Below, one piece after another: positions 1-9,937 of a stretch of DNA of 34,815 nucleotides. Both the position numbers and the translations under genes were made by a program. The notes below the pieces were generated by a model that did no database searches, was not told the origin of the DNA, and saw only the letters and a program-made list of their open reading frames with translations. The first letter of the stretch is position 1. Each line of letters starts with the position of its first letter. Location: NCBI GenBank assembly GCA_016212685.1, contig JACREW010000002.1, forward strand, positions 1-34,815, given 5' to 3'. This stretch comes from Nitrospirota bacterium (GTDB lineage: Bacteria > Nitrospirota > Thermodesulfovibrionia > Thermodesulfovibrionales > Dissulfurispiraceae).

Positions 1-1
1 C

Positions 2-1150
2 AGATTCGAAGAGGTCACCTACGAGGCAAACCGCACGCGAAGGCACAAGATCCTTGCGCCTCCCCAGTTCGTCCTAAACAAGACCCTGGCCGAGCTTCGC
101 ACCGCTTATGATAAGGCAAAGGATATATGCGACAAGGAAAAAGATGGGGTATTGGCGGCAGGCGGGCTTCATATAATGGGAACAGAGCGACATGAGGCAA
201 GGCGAATAGACAACCAGCTCAGGGGAAGGTCGGGCAGGCAGGGAGACCCCGGCGCTTCGAAATTTTATCTTTCTCTCGAAGATGACCTCATGCGCATATT
301 CGGCTCTGACAGGATAAACGGCCTGATGAATCTATTGAAGATGGATGAAAGCATACCCATAGAAAATAAAATGGTAACAAAGGCCATCGAGAACGCGCAG
401 AAAAGGGTCGAGGCCCATAACTTCGACATAAGAAAACACCTTCTCGAATACGATGATGTAATGAACAAACAGAGACAAGAGATATACTCCTTCAGGCGGG
501 AGGCGTTGCAGAGCGAGTCTTTAAAGGAAAGGGTTATAGATATGATGGAAGACGAGACGGATGAGCTTCTCTCCGTCTATTGTCCGGATGCCGCTGAATG
601 GGACATTAACGGGCTTAAGGACGCGTTATACGGCCGATTTGCGGTAGATTTGAAATTAGACGGATTTTCATCGGTCGATGATCTCAGGGATTTTATTGTC
701 TCGCAGGCGCGGGGATCTTACGATAAGAAAGAAGTTGAAGCCGGCGCCGAATTTATGCGTTATATAGAGAAAATGGTGCTCTTGCAGGTAATAGACGCCC
801 AGTGGAAGGATCATCTCCTCGGCATCGACCATGTAAAAGAAGGCATAGGGCTGCGGGGATACGCGCAGCGTGATCCCCTTGTGGAGTATAAAAAAGAGGC
901 GTTCGATCTCTTTGCGGAAATGTCCGGGAGGCTTACCTCAGAGGTATTGATGAGGCTTTTTAAGATTCAGGTGCGGCATGAAGAAGAACAGGAGATAAAA
1001 ATGAAGTCGGAGCAGAACCTGGTTTATAACAGGGCAGGCGGTGATTCTGCGCATCAGCCGGTTCATAAAGAGAAAAAAGTAGGAAGAAACGACCCCTGCC
1101 CCTGCGGCAGCGGGAAGAAATATAAAAAGTGCTGCGGAGCATCGGCATAA
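2..1150 (+). CDS. secA: Preprotein translocase ATPase SecA, C-terminal part (5' end lies outside the window)
   Basis: Frame 2 is open from base 2, upstream of the listed Met at 152. SecA-type motifs are present: GTERHEARRIDNQLRGRSGRQGDPG, DDVMNKQR and QRDPLVEYKKEAF. The C-terminal zinc-binding tail CPCGSGKKYKKCCG is also present. Confidence 0.93.
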   Translation, partial: RFEEVTYEANRTRRHKILAPPQFVLNKTLAELRTAYDKAKDICDKEKDGVLAAGGLHIMGTERHEARRIDNQLRGRSGRQGDPGASKFYLSLEDDLMRIFGSDRINGLMNLLKMDESIPIENKMVTKAIENAQKRVEAHNFDIRKHLLEYDDVMNKQRQEIYSFRREALQSESLKERVIDMMEDETDELLSVYCPDAAEWDINGLKDALYGRFAVDLKLDGFSSVDDLRDFIVSQARGSYDKKEVEAGAEFMRYIEKMVLLQVIDAQWKDHLLGIDHVKEGIGLRGYAQRDPLVEYKKEAFDLFAEMSGRLTSEVLMRLFKIQVRHEEEQEIKMKSEQNLVYNRAGGDSAHQPVHKEKKVGRNDPCPCGSGKKYKKCCGASA

Positions 1151-1335
1151 ACCCTGTGGTTAACCCGGAAAATGCATTTATATGGAAGCATGAACAGCTA
1201 AAAGTCTTTACAATTCGCAATTTTTTGAAACAATCCAGTATGTCCAGCGTGAATTTTTTTATTGCATAAGTTTTAACAGTCATCCTCAATAATGTGGCGA
1301 GGTAAAGCCTTTTATCTGCCCATGCCTCCATATCT

Positions 1336-1857
1336 TCAGAGGTTAATTGCATTTTTCGGATTAATCGTCTTCGGCTTATCCCTTTTTGCGTTTACGATGC
1401 AGAAAAATCCGAAGGGCTCATCGTAAGGATTTATGAGTTGATGGGCGGTATCCGGAGCTACATATGCGGTATCGAGATAATTCAGGGCATAAGATTTTTT
1501 CCCCATCCTTATTCTTCCCTTGCCTCTAATGCAAACAACCACATGTTCATGGTTATGCCTTTCGAGGCTGCTGTAACCGCCCGGAGCTATCTCGAAATAC
1601 CTGAGATGGAATTTTGCCGTCTCTCCGCGATTGCCTATGAGGACATTTCTGACAATCGCAGACCAGTTGCCGTCTTTCTGTTTGTACTTTTCGGTCTTAA
1701 CGCCGCTCCACGTGAAATCGTTTTTATGTTTGTATATTTTACTGACCTCTGATCTTCTGCTCTCCTGCTCTTCTGCTCTATTTTTCGGCGACTTCCAGTC
1801 GCAAGAGGGGGCATTTGAAAGAGAGGGATGTTGAGCCGTTTTTTTCGTTTTTTCCAT
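1336..1857 (-). CDS. Cupin-domain protein
   Basis: Cupin core G-x5-H-x-H-x-E (GGYSSLERHNHEHVVVCIRGKG) plus a second motif (YVAPDTAHQLIN). The start is uncertain: ATG at 1857 or TTG at 1881. The N-terminal region contains an octamer array, so the N-terminus may be artificial. Confidence 0.7.
   Translation of the reverse strand: MEKTKKTAQHPSLSNAPSCDWKSPKNRAEEQESRRSEVSKIYKHKNDFTWSGVKTEKYKQKDGNWSAIVRNVLIGNRGETAKFHLRYFEIAPGGYSSLERHNHEHVVVCIRGKGRIRMGKKSYALNYLDTAYVAPDTAHQLINPYDEPFGFFCIVNAKRDKPKTINPKNAINL
1755..1778. repeat. Tandem octamer array, (t[tc]ctgctc) x3
   Basis: Direct reading gives ttctgctc tcctgctc ttctgctc. It lies in the 5' region of the cupin ORF. Confidence 0.8.
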
Positions 1858-1888
1858 AGGATTGATTATATATGAATTCAAGATTTGC

Positions 1889-1917
1889 TTGCAAAAGTAT
1901 TGTTCTAAGGCTATAAT
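1889..1917 (+). promoter_or_regulatory. Candidate sigma70 promoter for cheV
   Basis: TTGCAA (1889-1894), a 17-nt spacer, then TATAAT (1912-1917). It sits about 45 nt upstream of the cheV start, which has a GGAGGT RBS. Confidence 0.45.
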
Positions 1918-1963
1918 TTAAAAATATCAAAGGGTTTATGAACCGCACACATGGAGGTAGGTT

Positions 1964-2929
1964 ATGGCTCAGAGCATCGGCGTTTTGCCGGAGGTTTTAA
2001 AGGTCGGGACAAATGAGATGGAGCTTGTTGTTTTCAGGATGTATGGAACCCATCCTGACGGCAGTCCTGAAGTCCTTGATTATGGCGTGAATGTCGCTAA
2101 GGTAAGGGAAATTATACCAATGCCTACGCTCACAAAAGTTCCTGATATGCCTGCCTATGCAGAGGCCATTGCCGAGGTGCGCGGCGAGATCACGCCTATA
2201 GTTGACCTTGGAAAGTGGATGAAAATAGTTGCTCCTTCTAATATTGAAATACGCCCTAAGGTTATTGTCCTCGAGATGCTCGGAACAACAGTCGGCATGA
2301 TCGTTCACGAAGTGGAGAGAATTAGGAGAATTAAATGGGATCAGATAAAACCTCCGCCGTCGCTCCTTCAGGCCAAGCACGGGGGCAGGATAACCGGCGT
2401 AACAAAAATAGACGACGAAAGTGAATCGCTCCTGCTGATCGTCGATCTCGAGAGCGTTATTTCGGATATAGGCGCCCTTATGCCCAAGCACGGCGTAGCC
2501 GCCGAGGAGATAGAACGGATAGGCAAGAAGAAACTCAAAGGCAATGTCCTTATCGCAGACGATTCATCGGTTGCCAGAAAGATCCTCAGGGATACGCTGG
2601 AGAGCGCCGGATTGCATGTTATCGAGGCTATGGACGGCAAGCAGGCATTGGATATACTCAATGATTTCCTGCAGAAGATAGGCGACAAGCCCATTACCGA
2701 GTACATAAACCTTGTCGTTACCGATGTGGAAATGCCCGAGATGGACGGCCTGACATTTACGAAGAACGTTAAAAGCAATCCTAAGCTTCAGATACTTCCG
2801 ATAGTTGTGAATACTTCACTGAGCGGCGAGGAAAACAAGCAGAAGGCTACGCTTGTAGGGGCGGACGGTTATCTTGTGAAGTTCGATGTCACGAGGATGA
2901 TCCAGGAGATAGCGAGGTTTTTGAGTTAA
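1964..2929 (+). CDS. cheV: Chemotaxis coupling protein CheV (CheW-like domain plus receiver domain)
   Basis: The N-terminal CheW-like domain shows EMELVVFRM...GVNVAKVREI...ITPIVDL. The C-terminal REC domain shows VLIADDSSVARK...VVTDVEMPEMDG...GADGYLVKF. A GGAGGT RBS precedes the start. Confidence 0.88.
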   Translation: MAQSIGVLPEVLKVGTNEMELVVFRMYGTHPDGSPEVLDYGVNVAKVREIIPMPTLTKVPDMPAYAEAIAEVRGEITPIVDLGKWMKIVAPSNIEIRPKVIVLEMLGTTVGMIVHEVERIRRIKWDQIKPPPSLLQAKHGGRITGVTKIDDESESLLLIVDLESVISDIGALMPKHGVAAEEIERIGKKKLKGNVLIADDSSVARKILRDTLESAGLHVIEAMDGKQALDILNDFLQKIGDKPITEYINLVVTDVEMPEMDGLTFTKNVKSNPKLQILPIVVNTSLSGEENKQKATLVGADGYLVKFDVTRMIQEIARFLS

Positions 2930-2930
2930 A

Positions 2931-3004
2931 GGCAATAGGCGATGGGTGATAGGCGCTAAATTTTAGTGTTTTTTCCTATAGCCTCTTGCCTATAGCCCAT
3001 CGCC
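2931..3004. repeat. Two inverted heptamer arrays (ataggcg/atgggtg type) forming a long imperfect hairpin between convergent genes
   Basis: ggcgatgggtgataggcg (2938-2955) pairs with the reverse complement of gcctatagcccatcgcc (2988-3004) at 15 of 18 positions. The right arm encodes the last residues (FGDGL) and the stop of the dehydrogenase. The same word family recurs at 25394-25428. Confidence 0.7.
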
Positions 3005-4042
3005 AAATGCAATTGTGCATTTCAATGAGTCTTTTGCTTCTGAGGTTATTCTGTATGCCTTTTCTGTTTCTTCTATAGGGAAACTATGTGTAACGAGTTT
3101 ACTTGCCGTAATAATGCCTTTGTTTATAAATTGTAGAGACTCTCTCGTATCGTCCGGCCCGCACGAATAGCTGGTGACTATATTTATATCCCTGAAGTAG
3201 AGATAATTAGGATTGAGGCTTAGAATTTCTCCGGGCTTAGCGGGCGTAAAAAATACCACAGTACCTCCGCATGACGCGGCTTCTATCCCTTGTTTCATGA
3301 CATCGGCGCTGTTCGGTCCGGTTATGACAATATCGGCCATCATTCCGTCCGTTAAATCCTTTAGCTTCTTCGACATGTCTTCTTTCGATACGTCTATGGC
3401 GTAATCCGCGCCGAATTCGAGCGCCTTATCAAGTCTGAAAGGTATTATATCCGCGCCGATTATCTTTTCCGCCCCGAATTCCCTTACAAGCAGTGCATGA
3501 ATCTGTCCCATCACGCCGAGGCCGATAATCAATATGGTATCGCCTTTTTTTATATTCGCCCGTTTTAGCGATTTAACAACGCAGGCGGTAGGTTCAACGA
3601 GTGTGCCGTCCTCATAGCTTACATTTTCGGGAAGTTTGAGGGTGTCATTTCTCAAGTTAATTTCAGGGATGAGTATGTATTCTGATATTCCTCCCGGAAT
3701 TATTTTTGTGTTTCTCCATGTCTCACACTGAACATAATCGCCTCTCATGCAGTATTTGCAGTTTAGGCACGGCGCATGATGATGCACGAATACCCTATCA
3801 CCGACAGAAAAATTAGTAATCCCCCCTTTAGTAAATAATTCTTTTCCTAATTCAACGATTTCTCCGACAGGCTCATGACCGATTACTAAAGGCGCTTTTT
3901 TCTCGATATACCACGGCATTACATCTCCGGAGCATATGCCGCAAGCCTTTGTTTTAATCAGCGCATCGCGCGGGCCGATTTGCGGGATAGGCATATCCTC
4001 TATTCTAATGTCATCGAATCTGTAGAGTCTGGCGACTTTCAT
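2990..4042 (-). CDS. Zinc-dependent alcohol/polyol dehydrogenase (MDR superfamily)
   Basis: Catalytic Zn motif CGICSGD...GHEPVGEIVELG. Structural Zn Cys cluster CLNCKYCMRGDYVQC. Rossmann fold motif IIGLGVMG. Confidence 0.88.
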   Translation of the reverse strand: MKVARLYRFDDIRIEDMPIPQIGPRDALIKTKACGICSGDVMPWYIEKKAPLVIGHEPVGEIVELGKELFTKGGITNFSVGDRVFVHHHAPCLNCKYCMRGDYVQCETWRNTKIIPGGISEYILIPEINLRNDTLKLPENVSYEDGTLVEPTACVVKSLKRANIKKGDTILIIGLGVMGQIHALLVREFGAEKIIGADIIPFRLDKALEFGADYAIDVSKEDMSKKLKDLTDGMMADIVITGPNSADVMKQGIEAASCGGTVVFFTPAKPGEILSLNPNYLYFRDINIVTSYSCGPDDTRESLQFINKGIITASKLVTHSFPIEETEKAYRITSEAKDSLKCTIAFGDGL

Positions 4043-4194
4043 ATCTATGCTCCGTCAGTATAAATAATTCATAGATTATATCGCATGCAATATAATTTAC
4101 AACTAAAAATTATCCCGAAGGGCTGAAGCGTTTGATGAAAAAGACAGGTTCGGATAAAATATAGGCAAGATGAGAGGAGGCGCTGCCGCAATAG

Positions 4195-5076
4195 ATGAAA
4201 TCATTGGGACAGATACTCGACGAGTTCTATAGGGAATACAACTTCAAGGAAAGAGTTCTTCACGACCCTATAGAATTTCCGCATCAATATAAAAGATCGG
4301 AAGACATCGAGGTTTCCGGTTTTATCGCGTCATGTTTCGCGTACGGCAGGGTAGATTTATTCAAGCCCGTGGTAAAGAAGATACTTTCGATAATGGGTAA
4401 AAGCCCGTATGATTTTCTTTTAGGCTTTAATTTAAAGAAGCAGAGGGATTTGTTTTCAGGCGTCAAATACAGGTTTAATTAAAATGATGATATTGTATGT
4501 CTCATGCATGTTTTGAACAAGGTATTGAAGAGATACGGTAGTCTTGAAGCCATGTTCAAGAAGCGCTATAAAGACAGTGATTTAAACATAGGTAATGGAT
4601 TGATTGGTTTTGTTGGCACTTTGCTCACAATAGGTTTATCTCACCCTCCCCTTAATCCCCTCCCATCAAGGGAGGGGACAATTAAAAAAGATCCCCCCTC
4701 CCCTTGTGGGAGGGGGCGAGGGAGAGGTTTTCTTCAGTTTTTACCGTCGCCTGAAAAGGGCAGCGCGTGCAAGAGGATGAATCTTTTTTTGAGATGGATG
4801 ATAAGGGACAGGGACATTGATTTCGGCATCTGGAAAGGCATTCCTAAGAACAAGCTTATTATTCCGCTCGACACGCATATAGCCCGCATATCTAAATGCC
4901 TGAGCTTTACAAAGAGAAAATCTCAGGACTGGAAGATGGCTGTGGAGATAACGGAATCGCTCAAGGAGTTCGATTCCGAAGATCCGCTAAAGTATGACTT
5001 TGCCTTATGCCATCAGGGAATATCGAGGGTTTGCAGCAAAGCGAATTGCAAAGAATGTAGTTTTCAGGGAATATAA
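4195..5076 (+). pseudogene. TIGR02757/DUF2400-family gene interrupted by one in-frame TAA (4480-4482) and carrying an in-frame palindromic insertion
   Basis: ORFs 4195-4482 and 4504-5076 share a frame and read YRFN*NDDIVCLMHVLNKVLKRYGSLEAMF across the stop. The downstream part has the family-typical SACKRMNLFLRWMIR, IPLDTHIARI and KYDFALCHQG. The family assignment is from memory. Confidence 0.55.
4638..4728. repeat. GC-rich double-hairpin palindromic element inserted in-frame in the DUF2400 gene
   Basis: Hairpins cccctccc-atcaa-gggagggg and cccctcccc-ttgt-ggggagggg, with outer arms tctcaccctcccc and ggcgagggagag. It translates as SHPPLNPLPSREGTIKKDPPSPCGRGRGRG. Confidence 0.75.
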
Positions 5077-5102
5077 AGCAGCCTGAAACCTTAATGCAAC
5101 AT

Positions 5103-5396
5103 TTATCCCCTGTTGTCCTGAAAATATCCTATAACGGCGAGGATAAACATGGCTACACCAGAAAAGATGTATACCGGCAGTCCCCATGTTGTTCCTTCAA
5201 AAATGCCCATGAAATAAGTGTGGTTGAATATAAACCCCCAGTAGATGACGAAACAGTAGGAGATTAAGAGTCCCAGCTTGTGTTTGCCGAATAAAAGGCA
5301 GAAAGAGTTGATGCTTATAAAAACGATAACCTGTCCGAGAGGCACCGAAAGCTCTTTGCCGGAGAAGAAAATTAAAAGACTATTTATAAATTCCAT
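5103..5396 (-). CDS. Small integral membrane protein (about 3 TM), last gene of the cus-type operon
   Basis: It has hydrophobic segments. Its start lies 5 nt downstream of the cusA stop on the same strand. Confidence 0.55.
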   Translation of the reverse strand: MEFINSLLIFFSGKELSVPLGQVIVFISINSFCLLFGKHKLGLLISYCFVIYWGFIFNHTYFMGIFEGTTWGLPVYIFSGVAMFILAVIGYFQDNRG

Positions 5397-5400
5397 ACTG

Positions 5401-8400
5401 TTACTCTGTTTTTTTGAACTCCCTGCTTTTCCATATCATATATATTGCGGGATAAATTATCAACTCGAGGATCGTCGAGGTGATTACTCCGCCTACCATC
5501 GGCGCTGCAATACGCTTCATAACGTCCGAACCTGTGCCGTGGCTGAACATAATAGGGATAAGACCGGCTAATATAACGCTTACGGTCATGATCTTAGGCC
5601 TGATCCTTTTTACCGAGCCGTACATTATCGCCTCTTTCAGGTCGACAATGCCGTTTAACCTGCCTTCTTTTTTCCATTTTTCATAGGCGAGTTCGAGATA
5701 AAGGAGCATGACCACTCCTGTCTCGGCATCGAGGCCTGCAAGAGCGATAATACCCACCCACACGGCTATGCTCATATTATAGTTGAGGATATAAAGGAGC
5801 CAGAATGAGCCGACAAGAGAGAAGGGCACGGCAAGCAGCACTATGATTGTTTTTGTAACGGACTTTGTATTGAAGTAGATAAGCACAAAGATGATGAGTG
5901 CCGTGAGGGGAATCACGAGTTTCAATCTTTCATGTGTTTTAACGATGTATTCGTACTCGCCGCTCCATTCGAGGCGATAGCCCTCGGGAATCTTTAAAGA
6001 GGCGATTTTCTTTTTTGCCTCTTCGACATATCCGCCTATATCCCTGCCTGAAAAGTCTATATAAACGTATGCCGCCAGAAGCCCCTCTTCGCTCTTTATC
6101 TGCGTAGGGCCTCTTACAATCTTTATGTCCGTTAATTCTCCCAGCGGCACCTGAACAATATTCATGGATGCCGTCCGGATACCGCCCATCGCCGACTGCT
6201 GACCGATGATTGCCGGCTGCTGGTTATTCATAACCGGCACTAAAATTCTTTTTAGTTTTTCGACATCATTCCTTAATTCTCTCGAATAGCGGACATTTAC
6301 CGGATAGCGCTCTCTCCCTTCTACGGTGGTGGTAAGGTTCATGCCGCCTACGGCAGACTGAATGATTTCCTGCACATCGTCCACAGCCAGGCCGTATCGG
6401 GCTGCCTCTTCGCGTTTGATGTTGAAGTCGAGGAAATATCCTGTTGTCACCCTTTCGGCGTACACGCTCCTCGTGCCAGGAATTTCTTTGATATGGTGCT
6501 CTATTTCCAGTCCTAATCTTTCTATTTCTTCAAGTTTTGAGCCCATGACCTTAATCCCTACCGGAGTCCTTATGCCTGTGGAGAGCATATCGATACGTGC
6601 TTTTATGGGCATTGTGAACGAGTTTGCTACTCCGGGGATTGTGAGGGCTTCGTTCATCTCATTCTTCAGGCTTTCTACGGTTATGCCCGGCCTCCATTCC
6701 GATTCCGGTTTCAGATTTACAACAGTCTCGAACATCTCAAGGGGCGCGGGGTCTGTTGCCGTTTCTGCGCGTCCTGCTTTTCCGAATACCTGTGACACTT
6801 CAGGTATTCCTTTGAGTATTTTGTCTTGCATCTGCAGGAGTTTTGAAACCTCCGATATCGAAGCAGCAGGAACAGTTACCGGCATATAAAAGAGTGTGCC
6901 CTCATATAATGGCGGCATGAATTCGGAGCCGAGCTTAAGGAACGGATATGCGGTGATTGCCATGATAATCAGTGCAACTACAATTACCGTCCTTTTAAAC
7001 CTGAGCGCGAGTTTTGCAACCGGTTCATATATCTTATGGAGAATAATGCTTATGGGATTTTTTTCTTCCGGCCTTATTTTGCCTTTAATGAAGAGGGTCA
7101 TTAATACCGGAGTCAACGTAATCGCAAGGAATGATGAGAATAACATTGCAAATGTCTTTGTGTATGCCAGCGGTTTAAAGAGCCTTCCTGCCTGCGCCTG
7201 AAGCGTGAATACGGGAAGAAATCCGACCGTAATGACGAGCAAAGAGAAGAATAGGGAAGGTCCCACCTCTTTTGCGGCATCGATTATTACGTCCATGCGG
7301 CTGCCCTGCCTGCCATGTTCCTCCCATTCTTCGAGCTTCTTATGGGCGTTTTCCACCATAATGATGGAGGCGTCCACAATGGCTCCGATGGCAATGGCAA
7401 TTCCGCTTAAGCTCATGATATTCGAAGTTACGCCTAAATAGTACATGCAGATGAATGAAATGATTATTGCAACAGGCAAGGTAAGAATTACCACAAGCGC
7501 GCTCGGCAGATGGAACAGAAATACTATGCATACAGCGCTGACCGCTACAGAAAGCCTTAATATTTCTTCTTTAAGCGTATCGATTGAGCGGTGTATAAGG
7601 TCTGATCTGTCGTAGGTCACGACAATTTTCATGCCCTTCGGAAGGCTCGGCTCGATATCTTTTTTGATCTTTTCTTTTACCTTGTCTATGACCGTCAGGA
7701 CATTCTCGCCGAACCTGATAACTACTATGCCCCCGGCCACCTCGCCTCTGCCGTCGAGTTCCGTAATACCCCTTCTTATTTCCGGGCCGAGTTGGATATT
7801 CGCAATATCTCTTAGAAATATCGGAGTTCCGGCGCCGTTAGCGCCTACGGAGATGCTTTCGAGGTCTTTGAGGCTTTTAATGTAGCCCCGTCCCCTTACC
7901 ATATACTCTATGCCTGAGAATTCAAGCACCCTTCCTTCCACGTCGCTGTTGCTCTTCTTTATGGCCTCAAGCACCTTCGGCAGCGGAAGGTTATACGCCA
8001 GAAGCCGGTTGGGGTCTATGGTTATCTGGTACTGTTTTACGAATCCTCCGATGCTTGCAACCTGCGAAACGCCTTCGACGCTTTCGAGCGCGAGCTTTAT
8101 GTTGTAGTCCTGAACGGAGCGCAGTTGCGAGAGATCGTGTCCGCCTGTCTCATCCACCACTGCATATGAAAATCCCCATCCCACGCTGGTCGCATCAGGG
8201 CCGAGCACGGGATTCACATCCGCAGGTATCTTGCTTTTAACCGCCTGCAAATACTCCAATACCCTGCTTCGGGCCCAGTAGATATTCGTGCCCTCTTCAA
8301 AAATAACATATATGAACGAACTGCCGAGATATGAGAATCCGCGCACCACCTGCACTTTCGGGGCGGCAAGGAGAGTGGATGTTATCGGATAGGTTATCTG

Positions 8401-8589
8401 GTCTTCAACAAGGTCTGGGCTTCTTCCGGCCCATTCAGTGTAGATGATGACCTGCGTATCGCTTAAATCGGGTATTGCATCGAGAGGGGTCTGTTTTAAT
8501 GCCCAGTATCCCCATACGATGAGAAAAGCCACGAGCAGAAAAATGATAAACTTATTGCGCGCACTGTATTCGATTATTTTTGCTATCAT
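5401..8589 (-). CDS. cusA: Heavy-metal efflux RND pump, CusA/CzcA family
   Basis: 1062 aa. The N-terminus MIAKIIEYSARNKFIIFLL...PLDAIPDLSDTQVIIYTEWAGRSPDLVEDQITYPI is typical of CusA-type HME-RND. The protein has 12-TM RND architecture. Confidence 0.93.
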   Translation of the reverse strand: MIAKIIEYSARNKFIIFLLVAFLIVWGYWALKQTPLDAIPDLSDTQVIIYTEWAGRSPDLVEDQITYPITSTLLAAPKVQVVRGFSYLGSSFIYVIFEEGTNIYWARSRVLEYLQAVKSKIPADVNPVLGPDATSVGWGFSYAVVDETGGHDLSQLRSVQDYNIKLALESVEGVSQVASIGGFVKQYQITIDPNRLLAYNLPLPKVLEAIKKSNSDVEGRVLEFSGIEYMVRGRGYIKSLKDLESISVGANGAGTPIFLRDIANIQLGPEIRRGITELDGRGEVAGGIVVIRFGENVLTVIDKVKEKIKKDIEPSLPKGMKIVVTYDRSDLIHRSIDTLKEEILRLSVAVSAVCIVFLFHLPSALVVILTLPVAIIISFICMYYLGVTSNIMSLSGIAIAIGAIVDASIIMVENAHKKLEEWEEHGRQGSRMDVIIDAAKEVGPSLFFSLLVITVGFLPVFTLQAQAGRLFKPLAYTKTFAMLFSSFLAITLTPVLMTLFIKGKIRPEEKNPISIILHKIYEPVAKLALRFKRTVIVVALIIMAITAYPFLKLGSEFMPPLYEGTLFYMPVTVPAASISEVSKLLQMQDKILKGIPEVSQVFGKAGRAETATDPAPLEMFETVVNLKPESEWRPGITVESLKNEMNEALTIPGVANSFTMPIKARIDMLSTGIRTPVGIKVMGSKLEEIERLGLEIEHHIKEIPGTRSVYAERVTTGYFLDFNIKREEAARYGLAVDDVQEIIQSAVGGMNLTTTVEGRERYPVNVRYSRELRNDVEKLKRILVPVMNNQQPAIIGQQSAMGGIRTASMNIVQVPLGELTDIKIVRGPTQIKSEEGLLAAYVYIDFSGRDIGGYVEEAKKKIASLKIPEGYRLEWSGEYEYIVKTHERLKLVIPLTALIIFVLIYFNTKSVTKTIIVLLAVPFSLVGSFWLLYILNYNMSIAVWVGIIALAGLDAETGVVMLLYLELAYEKWKKEGRLNGIVDLKEAIMYGSVKRIRPKIMTVSVILAGLIPIMFSHGTGSDVMKRIAAPMVGGVITSTILELIIYPAIYMIWKSREFKKTE

Positions 8590-8593
8590 GATA

Positions 8594-9835
8594 TCAGTGT
8601 TTGTGTCCGCCGAGAGGCGCCACGTTTTTCAGTTTTGCCTCGGAATCTATGAGGAACGTGGCCGATGAAGCGACCTTTTCGCCTGCCTTCAATCCCATCG
8701 TTACTTCCCGCAATCCTTCCGCCCTTATACCGAGTATGACCTCTCTCGGTTCGAAATATCCTTCTCCTTTGTCCACATAGACTATCTGCCGCGTGCCTGT
8801 ATCGATTACTGCGTCTTCGGGAACAGCGAGTTTGTTGCCGATATTGATTTTTATCTCCACGGTGGTGAACATCTGGGGCTTCAGTTGCCCGCCCGGATTT
8901 GAGATTGTGAATCTCACCTTAGCCGTCCTCGTTTCGCCGGCAAGGGTAGGGTAGACATAATCAATTGTTGATGAAAATTCCTTGCCCGGGAAATAGCTTA
9001 GACTGATGTTTGCTGTTTGCCCTGTCTTTATTAGTGACAATTCATATTCATAAATATCAGAGATAACCCAAACCGTGGATAAATCAGCCACATCAAAGAG
9101 TTTTTCTCCCGGCATTATACGCATCCCCTGTAATGCCGTTTTTTGAACGATATAGCCGTTTACTGGACTGTATACGGTAAGAGTTCTTACGGGCTTGCCT
9201 GTCTCCTCTATTTTTTTAACCTGCGCCTCTGTTATGTCCCACAATTTTAAACGCTGCTTTGCGGCTTCTATGATCGCATCCGCATCTTTTGAAAGGAGAC
9301 CGCTCATTCTTTCGTTTTTTATTTCTTTGCCTTGTTTCGCCCATTTTATTACATTTATAAATTCCTGTTGCGTTGCGAAAAGTTCGGGGCTGTAAATCTC
9401 AGCGAGCGGCTCTCCTTTTTTTACATATTTGCCGGTGTAATCGATGTATAGTTTCTCTATCCATCCCTCGAATTTCGTATTGACGGTTGCGAGCCTTCTT
9501 TCATCATACTCGATTCGCCCGACAGTCCTGATAATCTTCTGCAGCGGCTTTACCGAAACTGCAACTGTTTTCACGCCTATCAACTGCTGTTTGTCGGGCG
9601 GTATTTCTATGGTAGGCGGCTCCTGTTGCTCTTGAGGCGCTTCTTGAGCTTGCGTCTGTGGTTGCTGCTGTCCGCTCTCCGTTGCATGCCCCTGATGCTC
9701 TGACGACTGAGATGCAGGCGGCTTTGAGGCTTTGCCCTGAAAGATTGTTTTTAAAGATACCGATTTCGAGAAATAAAGGAATATTCCTATCGCGAAACCG
9801 ACGGCGGCGATAATTATCAAATTTCTTTTGCTCAT
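8594..9835 (-). CDS. cusB: Efflux RND periplasmic adaptor (membrane fusion protein), CusB-like
   Basis: N-terminal anchor, a Q/H-rich linker (SEHQGHATESGQQQPQTQ), then barrel-sandwich and beta-barrel MFP sequence. Its stop lies 5 nt upstream of the cusA start. Confidence 0.88.
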   Translation of the reverse strand: MSKRNLIIIAAVGFAIGIFLYFSKSVSLKTIFQGKASKPPASQSSEHQGHATESGQQQPQTQAQEAPQEQQEPPTIEIPPDKQQLIGVKTVAVSVKPLQKIIRTVGRIEYDERRLATVNTKFEGWIEKLYIDYTGKYVKKGEPLAEIYSPELFATQQEFINVIKWAKQGKEIKNERMSGLLSKDADAIIEAAKQRLKLWDITEAQVKKIEETGKPVRTLTVYSPVNGYIVQKTALQGMRIMPGEKLFDVADLSTVWVISDIYEYELSLIKTGQTANISLSYFPGKEFSSTIDYVYPTLAGETRTAKVRFTISNPGGQLKPQMFTTVEIKINIGNKLAVPEDAVIDTGTRQIVYVDKGEGYFEPREVILGIRAEGLREVTMGLKAGEKVASSATFLIDSEAKLKNVAPLGGHKH

Positions 9836-9856
9836 TTTTTCTTCTCCTGACTCTTG

Positions 9857-9937
9857 CCCTTCGACAGGCTCAGGGTGACAGTCTTTATGTTGAACTTATA
9901 GATTTTTCCTGTCATGGTGAGCTTGTCGAACCATGAC
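9857..9937. repeat. Dispersed repeat units (cccttcgacaggctcagggtgaca ... gtcatggtgagcttgtcgaaccatgac)
   Basis: It belongs to the same unit families as 17193-17331 and 21486-21710. The right unit supplies the last 10 codons (VNSHGSTSSP) and the stop codon of the cusC-like ORF. Confidence 0.8.

Noticed and set aside
960-1352. 130-aa minus-strand ORF that begins in the secA-cupin spacer
   Set aside because: It overlaps the 3' end of secA in antisense by about 190 nt and the stop region of the cupin gene. It has no RBS or recognisable domain. The portion in the spacer (1151-1335) might be a gene remnant, but I cannot support a call.
5278-8668. Numerous 60-175-aa plus-strand ORFs inside cusA
   Set aside because: They are antisense shadows of a 1062-aa gene with unmistakable RND sequence. 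They have a Ser/Pro/Thr-rich composition typical of non-coding frames.
9040-9062. Adjacent TTCATA TTCATA hexamers inside cusB
   Set aside because: The spacing is 6 bp, not 11 bp, and the site lies deep inside a coding region. It most likely reflects codon content rather than an operator.
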